The notes beneath the pieces were generated by a model. It searched no databases. It was given only the letters and a program-made list of their open reading frames with translations, and had not been told where the DNA came from. 64,000 nucleotides of DNA from Eledone cirrhosa. Its lineage: Eukaryota. Made by a program: the position numbers and the translations under genes. The DNA is taken from assembly GCA_964016885.1 (NCBI GenBank), contig OZ024757.1, positions 9,486,001 through 9,550,000 on the forward strand. Direction: 5' to 3'. Positions 25,954-39,200 of the stretch are shown in pieces. Each line of letters opens with the position of its first letter. Position 1 is the stretch's first letter.

Positions 25954-26829
25954 TTTAAATCATTTGTGAAATAACAACTCTTAGTACAAATGCTACGTAA
26001 AGCACCCGGCTTGAGCCCCACAAAATTCGGACCCAAAATATATTGTTATAAGGGTCAAATATTCAAATATTCAACTTTGTATTGTACACTGTATATCCAA
26101 AAAAGAAAATGGCTATAAATGGAAGAAGAACCCCCCCCCCCCCCTCCTCTCCTCTGTCTTCACTATATAGAACAGCCAAACTCACCAACACCAGAAACTA
26201 GATACACTATATAGAACAGCCAAACTCACCAACACCAGAAACTAGATACACCACCCACCTCATCACCTGTGTACACTAAACACAACAGCCAGATAACGGC
26301 AATTACACCACCACCGCTCACTACTGACATCATTACCACCACTATCCCATCACCGCCGCCACCACTCTTCACTCCTTCACTCACCACCACTGCCTCGGTA
26401 TCGACATCACCACCACCACTGTCTCAGTATCGCTACCGCCGCCAGTCAGCCACTTCACTCAGCTGGCTGCTGCCACCACATTATAGAATTCCTACTACTA
26501 AAAAAGAGGAAGGCATCAAAATATATAGATAGACTCAAAAGAAAAAAGAAAGAAAACAAACAACAAAACCAAAGCAGCACAGCAACAACAGCAAAAAACG
26601 AGAAAAACAAACAGAGAAAAACAAAAACAAAAAAAAACAAAAAACGTAAAGAAAATAAGAATGAAGAGAGAAGCAGGCGGACGGACAGAGAAGAGGGGGG
26701 AAAAACTAAAACTAAAAAAACAAAAACTAAGTCAGACATTCGAACACTACATTACAATGAAACTTATGCTTATTCATTTTTGGGGCCCTTTCTGCCTGTG
26801 TGTTTGTTTGTTTATGTGTGTTCGTATAC

Positions 26830-29800
26830 AGCGTGGTGATAATGCCACACAAGGGCCAAGTGGAACGGCGAATCCACAGATGGCTATGTAACCATACATT
26901 CGCCAATCCTCGATAAGAGTGTTTAAATATCGAACATAAACAGTTCGAATAACGGTGAAATGGAGACTAGAACGTCATGTGACAGACTCTCACCCAACAG
27001 GTGCCCCCTGGCTCAGCAGCAGGAACCTGACTGTCAACCAAATACTGCTGATGTTGGAGGAAGAAGAAGAAGGAAAGGGGCCAGAACCAACTGGACGAAA
27101 GAATTGAATAGAACTGTTATGCAATGTTACCTGAAAAGTAACCCCAAGGAGAGGGGCTACAGGAGACGGATGCATAACATCTGGAACGAGATTGGTCTAT
27201 TTAAATTAGATGAACAAAAATTGGCCGGGCAGGCTCGGGTAATAAGAACTAATGGGTGGATAAGCGAGCTGGAACTGGAGGAACTGAGCAGAGAGAATGG
27301 CTTGGAGATGGCGGGTGTAGTATGCCAGACAAGCGAGCCAGTGGGAAATGAAGGTGAAGAAGTCCTGAGAACGGAGGAACCACCCGAAGCAGACAATGAT
27401 CTGAATACTGACATAAATAATACCTGGAACAGAGATACGGCCACTGAGGAGATGAATGCTGACGGGCTAGGACAAGATTCGGTTGACATCCTAAATTTAG
27501 TGGTAGATGAATTGAACAATGATAGTGGGAGACCCATGAACCTAAGATTTGTAGACAGTAAAAAGTTAAAAGAAACAACAGCTAAGGTAAACAAAGTCAT
27601 CCCATACCTTGAGGCGAGGAGCCTTCACCAGTGCAACAATATCCTCAAGGCAACAGCAAATACGGTGAGGAAACTACTTGGTATAAAAGCGAGAGGAAAC
27701 AACAGACAAGAAAGAGCAGAGCCGTCGTGGAAGAAACGACTGAGTGGGCAAATCGGGGAAATGAGAAATGACATAGGAAAGCTTGAGTCACTACTGAATG
27801 GGACACTAAAAAACATAGGCACTAAAAATAGACTGGAAATAAAGTACAAAACTAGGAGGAAAAAGCTAAATATTATCATAGAGGAACTGAAGCAACGCAT
27901 TGTAGCAAAGAGTGCCAAAATCAGGCGATACGAGAACAGAGTCAGCCAGTATAAACAGAACCGCATGTTCGACAACAACCAGAAGATGCTGTTTGGACAG
28001 CTTGAGGGGAAAGAAAGAGGCAACGACTTGATCCCTGGGGCGGAGCAAACTAAAACATTCTGGAGAGGAATATGGGAGCAGGATGTTAGACATAATGTCC
28101 AGGCAGGGTGGATTGAGACAGTACAGAGGGAGATCGGTGAGCAGGTACACCAACAAACTGATTTGAGTATCACAGTTGAAACTCTTAAGGGGCAGGCCAA
28201 AAAACTAACCAACTGGAAATCACCAGGCCCAGATGGTGTGCAGGGGTATTGGATTAAAAATTTAACATCCCTCCACCCGAAGCTGACGGCCTTGTTCAAT
28301 GACTGCTTGGTGTCGGGTGAGGTGCCAGAATGGTTGACAAAAGGTACCACAGTTCTGATAATGAAAGACCGAATCAAGGGTAATGATGTTACCAACTATA
28401 GACCTATCACATGTCTGTCCGTAATGTGGAAACTGTTGACGAGCATTGTGTTTGAGGAAATCTACCATCACCTCCACACAAACAACTTGTTACCGGACGA
28501 ACAGAAAGGATGCCGAAAGAAGTCACGTGGTAAAAAAGGACCAGTTACTTATTGATAAGATGGTAATGGGGAATTGCAGGAGGAGACACACTGATCTTGC
28601 CATGGGATGGATAGACTACAGAAAGGCATTTGACATGGTGCCTCATTCTTGGATCACCAAAAGCCTGGAGATCTTCAGGGTGGCAGATAACATCAGACAG
28701 TTGCTGTGCAGGAGTATGGGGTCCTGGGAGACAGAGTTGACATCAACTGGAGTATCCTTGGGAAGCGTGAAGATCAAGAGAGGTATCTTCCAGGGAGATA
28801 GCCTGTCCCCTCTGTTGTTTGTCCTTGCCCTGATGCCCTTGACCATTATGCTGCGAAAAGTGAGAGCAGGATACAAGTTGGGAATGGGAGAGCTTACCAT
28901 CAATCACCTCCTCTTCATGGACGATCTTAAGCTCTTCGGGAAAAGTGAGAAGGAGTTGGATGTGCTTGTTGACACTGTCCGTATTTTCAGCAGTGATATA
29001 TGTATGCAGTTTGGTATTAGTAAATGTGGAGTCATTGTGATGAGGAGGGGTAGGTTGAGCAGAAGTAACGGGATCTGTGTCTATTATTTGGTACAGTGCG
29101 GGAATTCTGAGATGGAATGTTGCTGAACAAAAAGAAATGGATAGGAAGACTAGGAAGCTATTGACTATCTACAACATGATCCACAAGAGGAGTGATGTCG
29201 ATAGACTCTACCTAAGGAGATCTGAGGGTGGAAGAGGTCTTATCAGCATAGAGGACTGTGTTCAGATGGAGAAAAACAACCTATACAAATACGTGACCAA
29301 TGCTCAGAACTGTACTGAAGGAGGGGACAGTAGGCCAGGGGATGTCCAAGGAGGAAATAACATCAAGGAGAAAGAGCAGCCTTAAGGGAAAATCCCTTCA
29401 TAGTACCTTCTTTGAGAAAACTGAATTTAGAGATCCACAGACATGGAACTGGTTGAGAAGAGGAGACCTCAAAAAGGCTACAGAAGGAATGCTAATGGCT
29501 GCGCAGGAGCAGGCCCTCAAAACGAAGTGGTTGAAGCACCATATTTACAAGGAGGAGGCTAGCCCACTGCGCAGGATCTGTGGAGAGAGAGAGGAGACTG
29601 TGGCTCACATTGTGTCCGAGTGTAAACACCTAGCCCAGACCCACTATAAGGGCTGGAGACACGATGTGATGGGCAGGGTGATCCACTGGCACCTGTGCAA
29701 AGTAAACAATTTACCACATTCTGAGAAATGGTAAGAGCATAGGCCAGAGGCGGTGATGGAGAACAATCAGGTGAAGGTGCTGTGGGATTTTAGGATACAG

Positions 29801-30217
29801 ACAGACAAAAAACTGGAACACAATAGACCTGACCTGGTGGTTGTGGACAAAGAAAAAAGATCGTGTCTGATTGTGGATGTGGCCTGCCCTTTCGACACGA
29901 GAGTGCAAGAGAAGGAGAGGGAGAAAATTAACCAATACCAGGACCTAAAGTGGGAGGTGAAAAGGATTTGGAACTGCCATGAAGTCAAAGTGATCCCGAT
30001 TGTCATAGGCGCACTGGGGACTATCTCCAAAAGATTCCAGGGATGGTTAAAGAAAATCGGCCCCTTCACGCTTTTTGGAACGCTTCAAAAGGCATGCTTG
30101 CTGGGAACAGCAAGAACCCTCCGATACGTCCTGAATATCTGAGGCTGCAGGTAGTGGCTTGATATTCATTCCAACGGACTTTCCAGTTAACCAACATCAA
30201 TGACTGAGATTCAAGGA
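26830..30217 (+). mobile_element. R4/Dong-clade LINE family 1, near full-length, frameshifted
   Basis: ORFs 26960-28555 (NWKSPGPDG, YRPITCL), 28446-29126 (WIDYRKAFDMVPH, RGIFQGDSLSP, LFMDDLKL), 29300-30142 (CCHC, RHD, PD..D RLE); (AAT)n tail. Confidence 0.92.
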
Positions 30218-30231
30218 ATAACAACAATAAC

Positions 30232-30292
<61 letters not shown>

Positions 30293-30546
30293 TTTTCTTT
30301 ATTAACCACAAGGGTTTACATAAAGTAGACATTAAGGACAGTACAGGACAATACAGGACAATACAGGACGGTACAAATGGGCATTTCTGCGTGTAAAAAA
30401 AAACAGAGGTTGAAATAAAATAACAAAGAAAAATTCCCCAATAGGGGGGAGACTTCCGAGGGACATTTGTGGAGAAAGCCCATTAAAAGACCACAGTGGC
30501 CCTGACCACCAGGGCAAGTGCCCTCTCCCAGTTTTCCACCTTTAAT

Positions 30547-33500
30547 TTACAGACACATACTCAGAGAAGGCCCATTCATTCGGGCCATACTTGCTTCTCT
30601 CACCCATCTTTCAACAAAATGCTGGGAAGAGAGCACTTCCCTCTCTACCCTGATTTTCCTTTTCAAATGAAATTTGAAAAAGTTAATCAGGGCATCGCCG
30701 AAGAGGTAAGTGCTCGTCTTCAGCCCTTTCAAACGTGTCCACCACACTATCTATTTGGCCATGGCCACCAGACAGATAAAAACTGCCTGCCCTTCCAGGC
30801 TAAAGGAAGGGGGCGGGGCAATCCTCACGATGGACTCAGCTGATAGCTGGATCCGTCCTACACGTGACAGCAGGTGTTCGACATAAACCCACAAGTCAGC
30901 AATGCTGAACACTGGACGAGTGCGTGCAGGACAGTTCCATCGCCCTGAGCGCATCTCGGACATGCCCGGCTGACGGCACCTCCATGCCTGTAGAGTTTAT
31001 CCCGAACTGGCAAAGCCCCTCGGTAGCACTGCCAGGCCAGGGATTTCTGGAAGTTGTCCATAGGCCCCGGCCCGAAAGTCCTTCCGAAGAGATTGGCTAG
31101 TTGATTTTCGTCGACGCCTAGAGTTTCTCCAAGTACGTCGTCGCTCTTCCCCTCCACTAATCCCCTATAGAACGCCAAGGTGGAGTTTCCACCGATCACA
31201 TTGCCCGATTGGTCGAGGGCTGTGAGCGCCTGAAGACATTCCAGTCTCCAAGCGCTCCCCCTCGGTCTTCGCTTGACCCAGGACTGCAGCTCCGTCAAGG
31301 AGACGAGCTGGGGAAAAACGTGTCTAGCAAACGGCGACCACACCTGATCACCGTCGAGGAAGAGGTGGAGATGTCGTAGCCTGAACGCGTGTCTGCGCAT
31401 CATCAGCCACGGCATGCCCAGCCCTCCACGTAGCGGGTGTTGACAGCAGATGGACCGCCTGACCATCGGAGCGCGTCCCTTCCACAAGAAGCTAAAGAGC
31501 AAACGCTCCAGCGCAGTCAGGAGGGGCTTAGGACAAGGTACGACGGTCAGGCGGTAGCAGATGACAGACGCGATCTACGCGTTAGCCACCTCCGCTCGAC
31601 CTTTCAGGGATAGCTTCCTCTCGGCCCATTTCTGGGTGAGAGAAGCCACCCTGCTCGTCACCTCGTCCCAGTTTTTGTCCGTCTGGAGGTCTGGACCGAA
31701 CCAGACCCCTAGCAATTTAACCGGTCCGTCCGTCCAGCGCCCGACGACGCTGTTGGACGGCATGGACCTGCCTCTCCAGGTGCCGAGCTGCAGGCCCACT
31801 GACTTTTCCTGGTTGATCATTGCTCCTGTCACCGCTTCGTATTCTCTTAGTGTAGTGCCGATCGCCTCAATGTGGTTGGCGTTCGACACCACTACGGTGA
31901 CATCGTCCGCATATGCTGACACGGATCTTCCGTATCCTAGTTAGCGCGAGACCCCCCTCAACGTCTCCAGTTTGTGCAGTAATGGCTCGAGAGTCAATAC
32001 GTACAATAGGGACGAGAGGGGACATCCTTGGCGGACCGAGCGCATGATGTTGAACGGTTCCGAAAGGTGACCGTTCACTCTCACTACAGAGCAGATGTCG
32101 CTGTGCATGGCAGCGATCCAGCCTCTGAAGACGGGCCCAAAGCCAGCCGCCCTCAGGACTGCCGCTAGGTAACGATGGTCGACCCTATCGAAGGCTTTCG
32201 ACTGATCTAAATTGATCAAAGAGCCACCCGTGCCAGGTTCCCTAGCTACCCTCTCTACGATGTATCGCATGAGGTGGAGGTTGTCGTGGATGGATCTGTC
32301 GGGAATGGCGCATGTCTGTGCCTCTCCCACCAGACCACCAACGACAAGCGCCAACCTCTTTGCTAGCACCTTGGCCAAAATCTTGAACTCTGTGTTTAGC
32401 AGAGTTATGGGCCTAAAATGATCTATGTTATCCCCCTTGTTCGGATCCTTTCTCAGCAGCGCCACCGCTCCTCGGCTCACAGAGCTGGGAATTCTCCCGT
32501 TCTGTTGCCAGTTGCAGTAGACGTCCGCCAAGAGGCCTCTGAACAAGTTTGGCATTTGTACGTAAAGTTCATAGGGCAGACCATCCAAACCAGGCGATTT
32601 ACCCCTGTGCAACTAGTCATTGCATCCCGTACTTCAGCGGTTGTTATCGGCTTTTCACAACACTCCGCCTCAGTGGACGAAAGCCGCGGCAGTCCGTCGA
32701 GGTAGACACTAAAGTCCATCCCTCTATCCGGCCCGTCACTGCCCCCGAACAGTTGAGCGAAGTGTCGCTGAAAAGCTTCACACATTTGCCCGGGATCGAG
32801 TAGCATGCACCCGTCGTGGTCCACCAAAGACCGGATCGTGGCTTCGTTGCCACGACGCGCCTCCGCCACTCGGGCCCATTGAACGGCTTTCGTCCCCTCG
32901 TGTCTGAGAGCACGCAACCTAGCTCTGACAACGCAGCCTTCGTGCTTTGCATTGAAGAATTGGTCAAGGGCCAATTTCGCCGCAAGTACGTCGGTCGCGA
33001 TGACTTTGCTAAGCGCCTCATCTAATTTTCTAACTAGTTCTCCCTCTGCTCTATTTTTCTCTATTGCTAAAGTCTTACTAAACCTAATGGACTCTATTCT
33101 AATTGCTCTTTTCAGAGCAAACCACCACTTGTTGTTGACGATGGCCCCCGTCAACGCCCGCTTAACTAGTTCGCTAATCCGGTCTCTGTAGGCCTTGCGC
33201 GCTGGTAAGGACGCGTTTAGCTTCCAGTAGCCGGGTCCTCGTCTATGAAGCCTATCTAAGTCAAGCACACAGATCACGAATTTGTGGTCCGTGTAGCTGA
33301 CTATCTTGAATTGTGGACAGCCTATGCTAGACCTATCTATTTCCCTACAAAATACTCTATCTAGATATGATCTGGATGACCCTATGCGATTTGTCCAAGT
33401 CCACATTGGTACATTCGGGAAATCCATTCGGTACCTGTCAGACAGTTCAAAACGCCTGAGCAGGTTGGTGAGACTCTTGCACCCTCCTTCCCTATCCACT

Positions 33501-33964
33501 AATCCCACACAATCCCAGCGTGCATCTAAGATCCCGTTCCAGTCGCCCACTAACACTAAAGAGCAGGACGTTCCAAGAAAGGTCTCCAGACGCCGGAAGA
33601 AATCAGGCCGCCCTGCTCCTGTTGGGGCATAGACGGCCACTAACCTGAAAGCTTGCCCGTCTCCGCTGGTCACGTCCAGCACCACCAACTTACCTTCTGG
33701 GTCCAGGAAGATGGCCCGTATGGCAATATCCAAAACTCTCCGAAAAAGCACAGCAACTCCTCCCCCCGATCCCGGACGGCTGGGAGATGCGTACACATCG
33801 TAGCCGCCGAAGATCGGTGCGAAAGCCTGTGCTTCGGAGATTCTGGTCTCGCTAATGGCCACTACATCTATGTTTAGTGACCTGAGGTCGTTGAGCAGGT
33901 GGCCCTGCTTCCATGACGACCCCAAGCCACGCGCATTTATGCTGCCTATTCTGAGTGAGGTCAT
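30547..33964 (-). pseudogene. LINE ORF2: AP endonuclease, reverse transcriptase and zf-RVT (frameshifted)
   Basis: SINARGL, ISETR, VYAP, GDWN, SYLDRVF, TDH; KSPGLDG, RPITLLN, LDQSKAFDRVDH, VRQGCPLS, AYADD; CPRC..T..HAL..C. Confidence 0.92.
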
Positions 33965-33998
33965 GTTGAAAAGGAGTGGAAAAGATGGGAAAGACCAC

Positions 33999-35971
33999 TT
34001 ACCTTACTTCTCGTAGGGGAAGGACGGTTTTTCCATCCTTTTCACTGCTTGTGGCCTCCTCAGGAAGGATGTCCTTATAAATCCTCCTGGAGAGTGCTTG
34101 TCGTAAGTCTCCGATGTCTTTGGGGAATTTTTGTTTTAGTGTCATGTACGTTTTCTGTGTGATGCGAGTGATTTGTATGTGTGGAGGTGGTGTGAATTTT
34201 GGGGTTGTTGTGTAGTCTTTTTCTGTGATGCTGGTGTTGTGTTGGATGTAGTGTAATAATTGCTTGTTGTTCAAATTTAATGCTGTGTAGTGTGTATCGT
34301 TTTGGTTGTTTAGTTTTGTTTGCGTTTGTTGTGGGTTTGTTTCTGTTTCGCATTTTGGTGACTTTTGTGGTGTAGGTGATGGTGGTGTTGGGGTTAATGA
34401 TGGTGATGGTGTTGGTGTTTGGGTTGATGGGGTTGGTGATGCTGGTGTGGATGGTGGCATATCTGTCCTAACTTTTTTGTTTCTTAATTTATTTGTTTCC
34501 CTCTGTATTTTGTTTTGGGAGGGGGAAAGAAGAGAATTTTTTCTTTTTTGGTTTCTTTTTTTTTTCCGCATATCGTTTCCCACTCCTCGTCGTCACAATC
34601 TGTCTCCAGTTGTGATAGGCCGGGGAGTGGAGAATCCTCCACAGCCGTTAGTTTTGGTTGTGGCGTGTGGATGGTGTAGGCGCTGGTGCTAGTTCTGAAG
34701 CGTTGGGTGGTGGTGGTGTTGGTTTTGCTGGTGGTGGTAGTGGTGTTGGTTTTGCTACTGTTGCTGGGGTTGTTGCTGTTATAGTTGCTTCTGCTGTTGC
34801 TGCTACAGTTGTTGCTGCCATCTCTGCTACTGGTGGTGTTGATGGTTATGTCACTGGGGTGGGTAGGAGAGGTGGCCTCAACCTTTTAACCTGAGGGCAG
34901 AAAGCCCTTAGGTGGGTTCCTTCACCTCAAACGACACACATAGGTCTTCTGCCCTCGACAATTACCGTGAGGTGGCTGCCGTCAGTGAGGTCTATAACAT
35001 CTGGGATCTCCTCAATGCTTTTTTGGTCCGCTTGGATCAGGAGCTCCATCCCAGATCCGGACCAGTTCTCCTGCTTTTCTTTTGCTATTGCTATTATTTT
35101 CGCGTTGGCTTCGATGCCGGCGAGGACAGCCGCTATTAGCCAGGGAATTTCGATGGCCGGTGGAACGTGGGTCACCCTGATCTTTACGAGTCTCTGGCCA
35201 CAATAGCTTGGGACGAGTGTGAAGTCGTCACTTCTTAATGGGGTCATGGAGTGTTCCCTAGCCTCCTCTGGTGTTTCAAAGAACACGTCCACGGTTCCAT
35301 ACTTTTGCCCACGTCTGATGTGGGTTTTTCTTGCCCACACATGTCCCAAAGCTTTTTGTATTTGGGACTCGGATGCCCGTTCCACTCGGCGCGATTTTAC
35401 ATTTATTGTTCTATACGACACGGTGCATAGGCGCCGATGCTCCATTTTATTAGGTGGGGGGTGAGGCTGACCCTGTACCCATCTTTCTTTACCATTTGTT
35501 TGGCATTTTCTAAATCCTCCTGAGTTACCGTAAATGCTTCGAACTGTTTTGCTACTCTGGCGAAACTGAGGGTCGGTTTTATAATGTCATTGTTGTTTTT
35601 GTTGCTATCGTTATTTGTGTTAATATTAATTTTAGTTTCAGTTGTGGTGTTGGTGACGTCAGTCGTCTTTGGTGGGGAAGAGTCCATTTTGCTTGATTTC
35701 ATTTCGACATCACGAGTTAATTTATTTTTTTCTTCTTTTGTTTCTGGTGGGGGGGGGGGGGTTGCGGTGGTGGTGGTGGAGGCTTTAACACCTGCAGTCA
35801 TTGGTAATGGCGGGAAATGAATGTCTGCCTGAGACAAATTTAAAATATTGCTACTGCTTATATTTTTTTTGTGTTGGCAAATGTAGTAACATTTACAATG
35901 GTGGTGTCGGTGTGAGGTGTTAATTTGTGAGGAAGGCTTTCAGCTGCTTGTTGCAGAGGTGAATTAGCCAT
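33999..35971 (-). pseudogene. LINE ORF1 (gag-like) with a CCHC knuckle and T/P-rich tracts, disrupted
   Basis: ORFs 35403-35837, 34927-35445 and 33999-34583; VIVEGRRPMCVV*GEGTHLRAFCP knuckle. Confidence 0.75.
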
Positions 35972-36180
35972 TTTTATTTTCAAAGAAATTTTTGATAATA
36001 ATAAAAGTTTAAATTTTGGGGACAAGGCCCCAATCTTTTTGGGTGTCCTTTTCGGAAAACAATGTATGTGCGCTTATAAACAGTTAACAATAAAATTTTC
36101 CATAAATGACAATTTTTAACAAACGGAAATAACAAACCTTTGCGGAGCTCACGATGATACGATTTACTACGTAGGTCGCC

Positions 36181-36212
<32 letters not shown>

Positions 36213-36215
<3 letters not shown>

Positions 36216-39200
36216 CCATTATGCTGCGAAAAGTGAGAGCAGGATACAAGTTGGGAAGGGGAGAGCTTACCATCAATCACCTCCTCTTCATGGACGATCT
36301 TAAGCTCTTCGGGAAAAGTGAGAAGGAGTTGGATGTGCTTGTTGACACTGTCCGTATTTTCAGCAGTGATATATGTATGCAGTTTGGTATTGGTAAATGT
36401 GGAGTCATTGTGATGAGGAGGGGTAGGTTGAGCAGAAGTAACGGGATCCAGATACCAACAGGTGAGATGATAAAGGAAATTGACTCTGAGGAAGGATACA
36501 AGTATTTGGGCGTTCTGGAGGCTGATGGCATAAAGAACAAAAAAATGAAGGAATTGTTAAGAACTGAATACATTCGGAGAGTAAGGAGCGTATTGAAGTC
36601 ACATCTGAACAGCAGAAATGCCATAAGCGCAGTAAATTCCCGAGCTGTGTCTATTATTAGGTACAGTGCGGGAATTCTGAGATGGAATGTTGCTGAACAA
36701 AAAGAAATGGATAGGAAGACTAGGAAGCTATTGACTATCTACAACATGTTCCACAAGAGGAGTGATGTCGATAGACTCTACCTAAGGAGATCTGAGGGTG
36801 GAAGAGGTCTTATCAGCATAGAGGACTGTGTTCAGATGGAGAAAAACAACCTATACAAATACGTGACCTATAGTAAGGAGCCAATGCTCAGAACTGTACT
36901 GAAGGAGGGGACAGTAGGCCAGGGGATGTCCAAGGAGGAAATAACATCAAGGAGGAAGAGCAGCCTTAAGGGAAAATCCCTTCATAGTACCTTCTTTGAG
37001 AAAACTGAATTTAGAGATCCACAGACATGGAACTGGTTGAGAAGAGGAGACCTCAAAAAGGCTACAGAAGGAATGCTAATGGCTGCGCAGGAGCAGGCCC
37101 TCAAAACGAAGTGGTTGAAGCACCATATCTACAAGGAGGAGGCTAGCCCACTGTGCAGGATCATCTGTGGAGAGAGAGAGGAGACTGTGGCTCACATTGT
37201 GTCCGAGTGTAAACACCTAGCCCAGACCCACTATAAGGGCTGGAGACACGATGTGATGGGCAGGGTGATCCACTGGCACCTGTGCAAAGTAAACAATCTA
37301 CCACATTCTGAGAAATGGTATGAGCATAGGCCAGAGGCGGTGATGGAGAACAGTCAGGTGAAGGTGCTGTGGGATTTTAGGATACAGACGGACAAAAAAC
37401 TGGAACACAATAGACCTGACCTTGTGGTTGTGGACAAAGAAAAAAGATCGTGCCTGATTGTGGATGTGGCCTGCCCGTTCGACACGAGAGTGCAAGAGAA
37501 GGAGAGGGAGAAAATTAACCGATACCAGGACCTAAAGTGGGAGGTGAAAAGGATTTGAAACTGCCATGAAGTCAAAGTGATCCCGATTGTCATAGGCGCA
37601 CTGGGGACTATCTCCAAAGGTTTCCAGGGATGGTTAAAGAAAATCGGCCCCTTCACGCTTTTTGGAACGCTTCAAAAGGCATGCTTGCTTGGAACGGCAA
37701 GAACCCTCCGATACGTCCTGAATATCTGAGGCTGCAGGTAGTGGCTTGATATTCAATCCAACGGACTTTCCAGTTAACCAACATCAATGACTGAGATTCA
37801 AGGAATAACAATAACAATAATAATAATAATAATGGAATCCAGATACCAACAGGTGAGATGATAAAGGAAATTGACTCCGAGGAAGGATACAAGTATTTGG
37901 GCGTTCTGGAGGCTGATGACATCAAGAACAAAAAAATGAAGGAATTGATAAGAACTGAATACCTTCGGAGAGTAAGGAGCGTATTAAAGTCACATCTGAA
38001 CAGTAGGAATGCCATAAGTGCAGTAAATTCCCGAGCTGTGTCTATTATTAGGTACAGTGCGGGAATTCTGAGATGGAATGTTGTTGAACAAAAAGAAATG
38101 GATAGGAAGACTAGGAAGCTATTGTTCCACAAGAGGAGTGATATCGATAGACTCTACTTAAGGAGATCTGAGGGTGGAAAAGGTCTTGTCAGCATAGAGG
38201 ACTGTGTTCAGATGCAGAAAAACAACCTACACAAATACGTAACTGATAGTAAGGAGCCAATGCTCAGAACTGTACTGAAGGAGAGGACAATAGGCCAGGG
38301 GATGTCCAAGGAGGAAATAACATCAAGGAGAAAGAGCAGCCTTCAGGAAAAATCCCTTCATAGTACCTTCTTTGAGAAAACTGAATTTAGAGATCCACAG
38401 ACATGGAACTGGTTGAAAAGAGAAGACCTTAAAAAGGCTAAAGAAGGAATGTTAATGGCTGCGCAGGAGCAGGCCCTCAAAACGAAGTGGTTGAAACACC
38501 ACATTTACAAGGAGGAGGCTAGCCCACTGTGCAGGATCTGTGGAGAGAGAGAGGAGACTGTGGCTCACATTGTATCCGAGTGTAAACACCTAGCCCAGAC
38601 TCACTATAAGGGCTGGAGACATGATGTGATGGGCAGGGTGATCCACTGGCACCTATGCAATGTAAACAATTTACCACATTCTGAGAAGTGGTGTGAGCAT
38701 AAGCCAGAGTCGGTGATAGAAAACGATCAGGTGAAGGTGCTGTGGGAGTTTAGGATACAGACGGACAAGAAACTGGAACACAATAGACCTGACCTGGTGG
38801 TTTTGGACAAAGAAAAAAGATCGTGCCTGATTGTGGATGTAGCCTGCCCATTCGACACGAGAGTGCAAGAGAAGGAGAGGGAGAAAATTAACCGATACCA
38901 GGACTTAAAGTGGGAGGTGAAAAGGATTTGAAACTGCCATGAAGTCAAAGTGATCCCGATTGTCATAGGCGCACTGGGGACTATCTCCAAAGGTTTCCAG
39001 GGATGGTTAAAGAAAATCGGCCCCTTCACGCTTTTTGGAACGCTTCAAAAGGCATGCTTGCTTGGAACGGCAAGAACCCTCCGATACGTCCTGAATATCT
39101 GAGGCTGCAGGTAGTGGCTTGATATTCAATCCAACGGACTTTCCAGTTAACCAACATCAATGACTGAGATTCAAGGAATAACAATAACAATAATAATAAT

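Larger units (their letters stand above)
30292..36180 (-). mobile_element. Full-length (about 5.9 kb) Tx1/L1-clade LINE within (AAT)n
   Basis: Two-ORF layout; (AAT)n on both sides; 3' end CCCTTGTGGTTAATAAAGAAAAC(ATT)n; 5' end GGCGACC. Confidence 0.92.
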
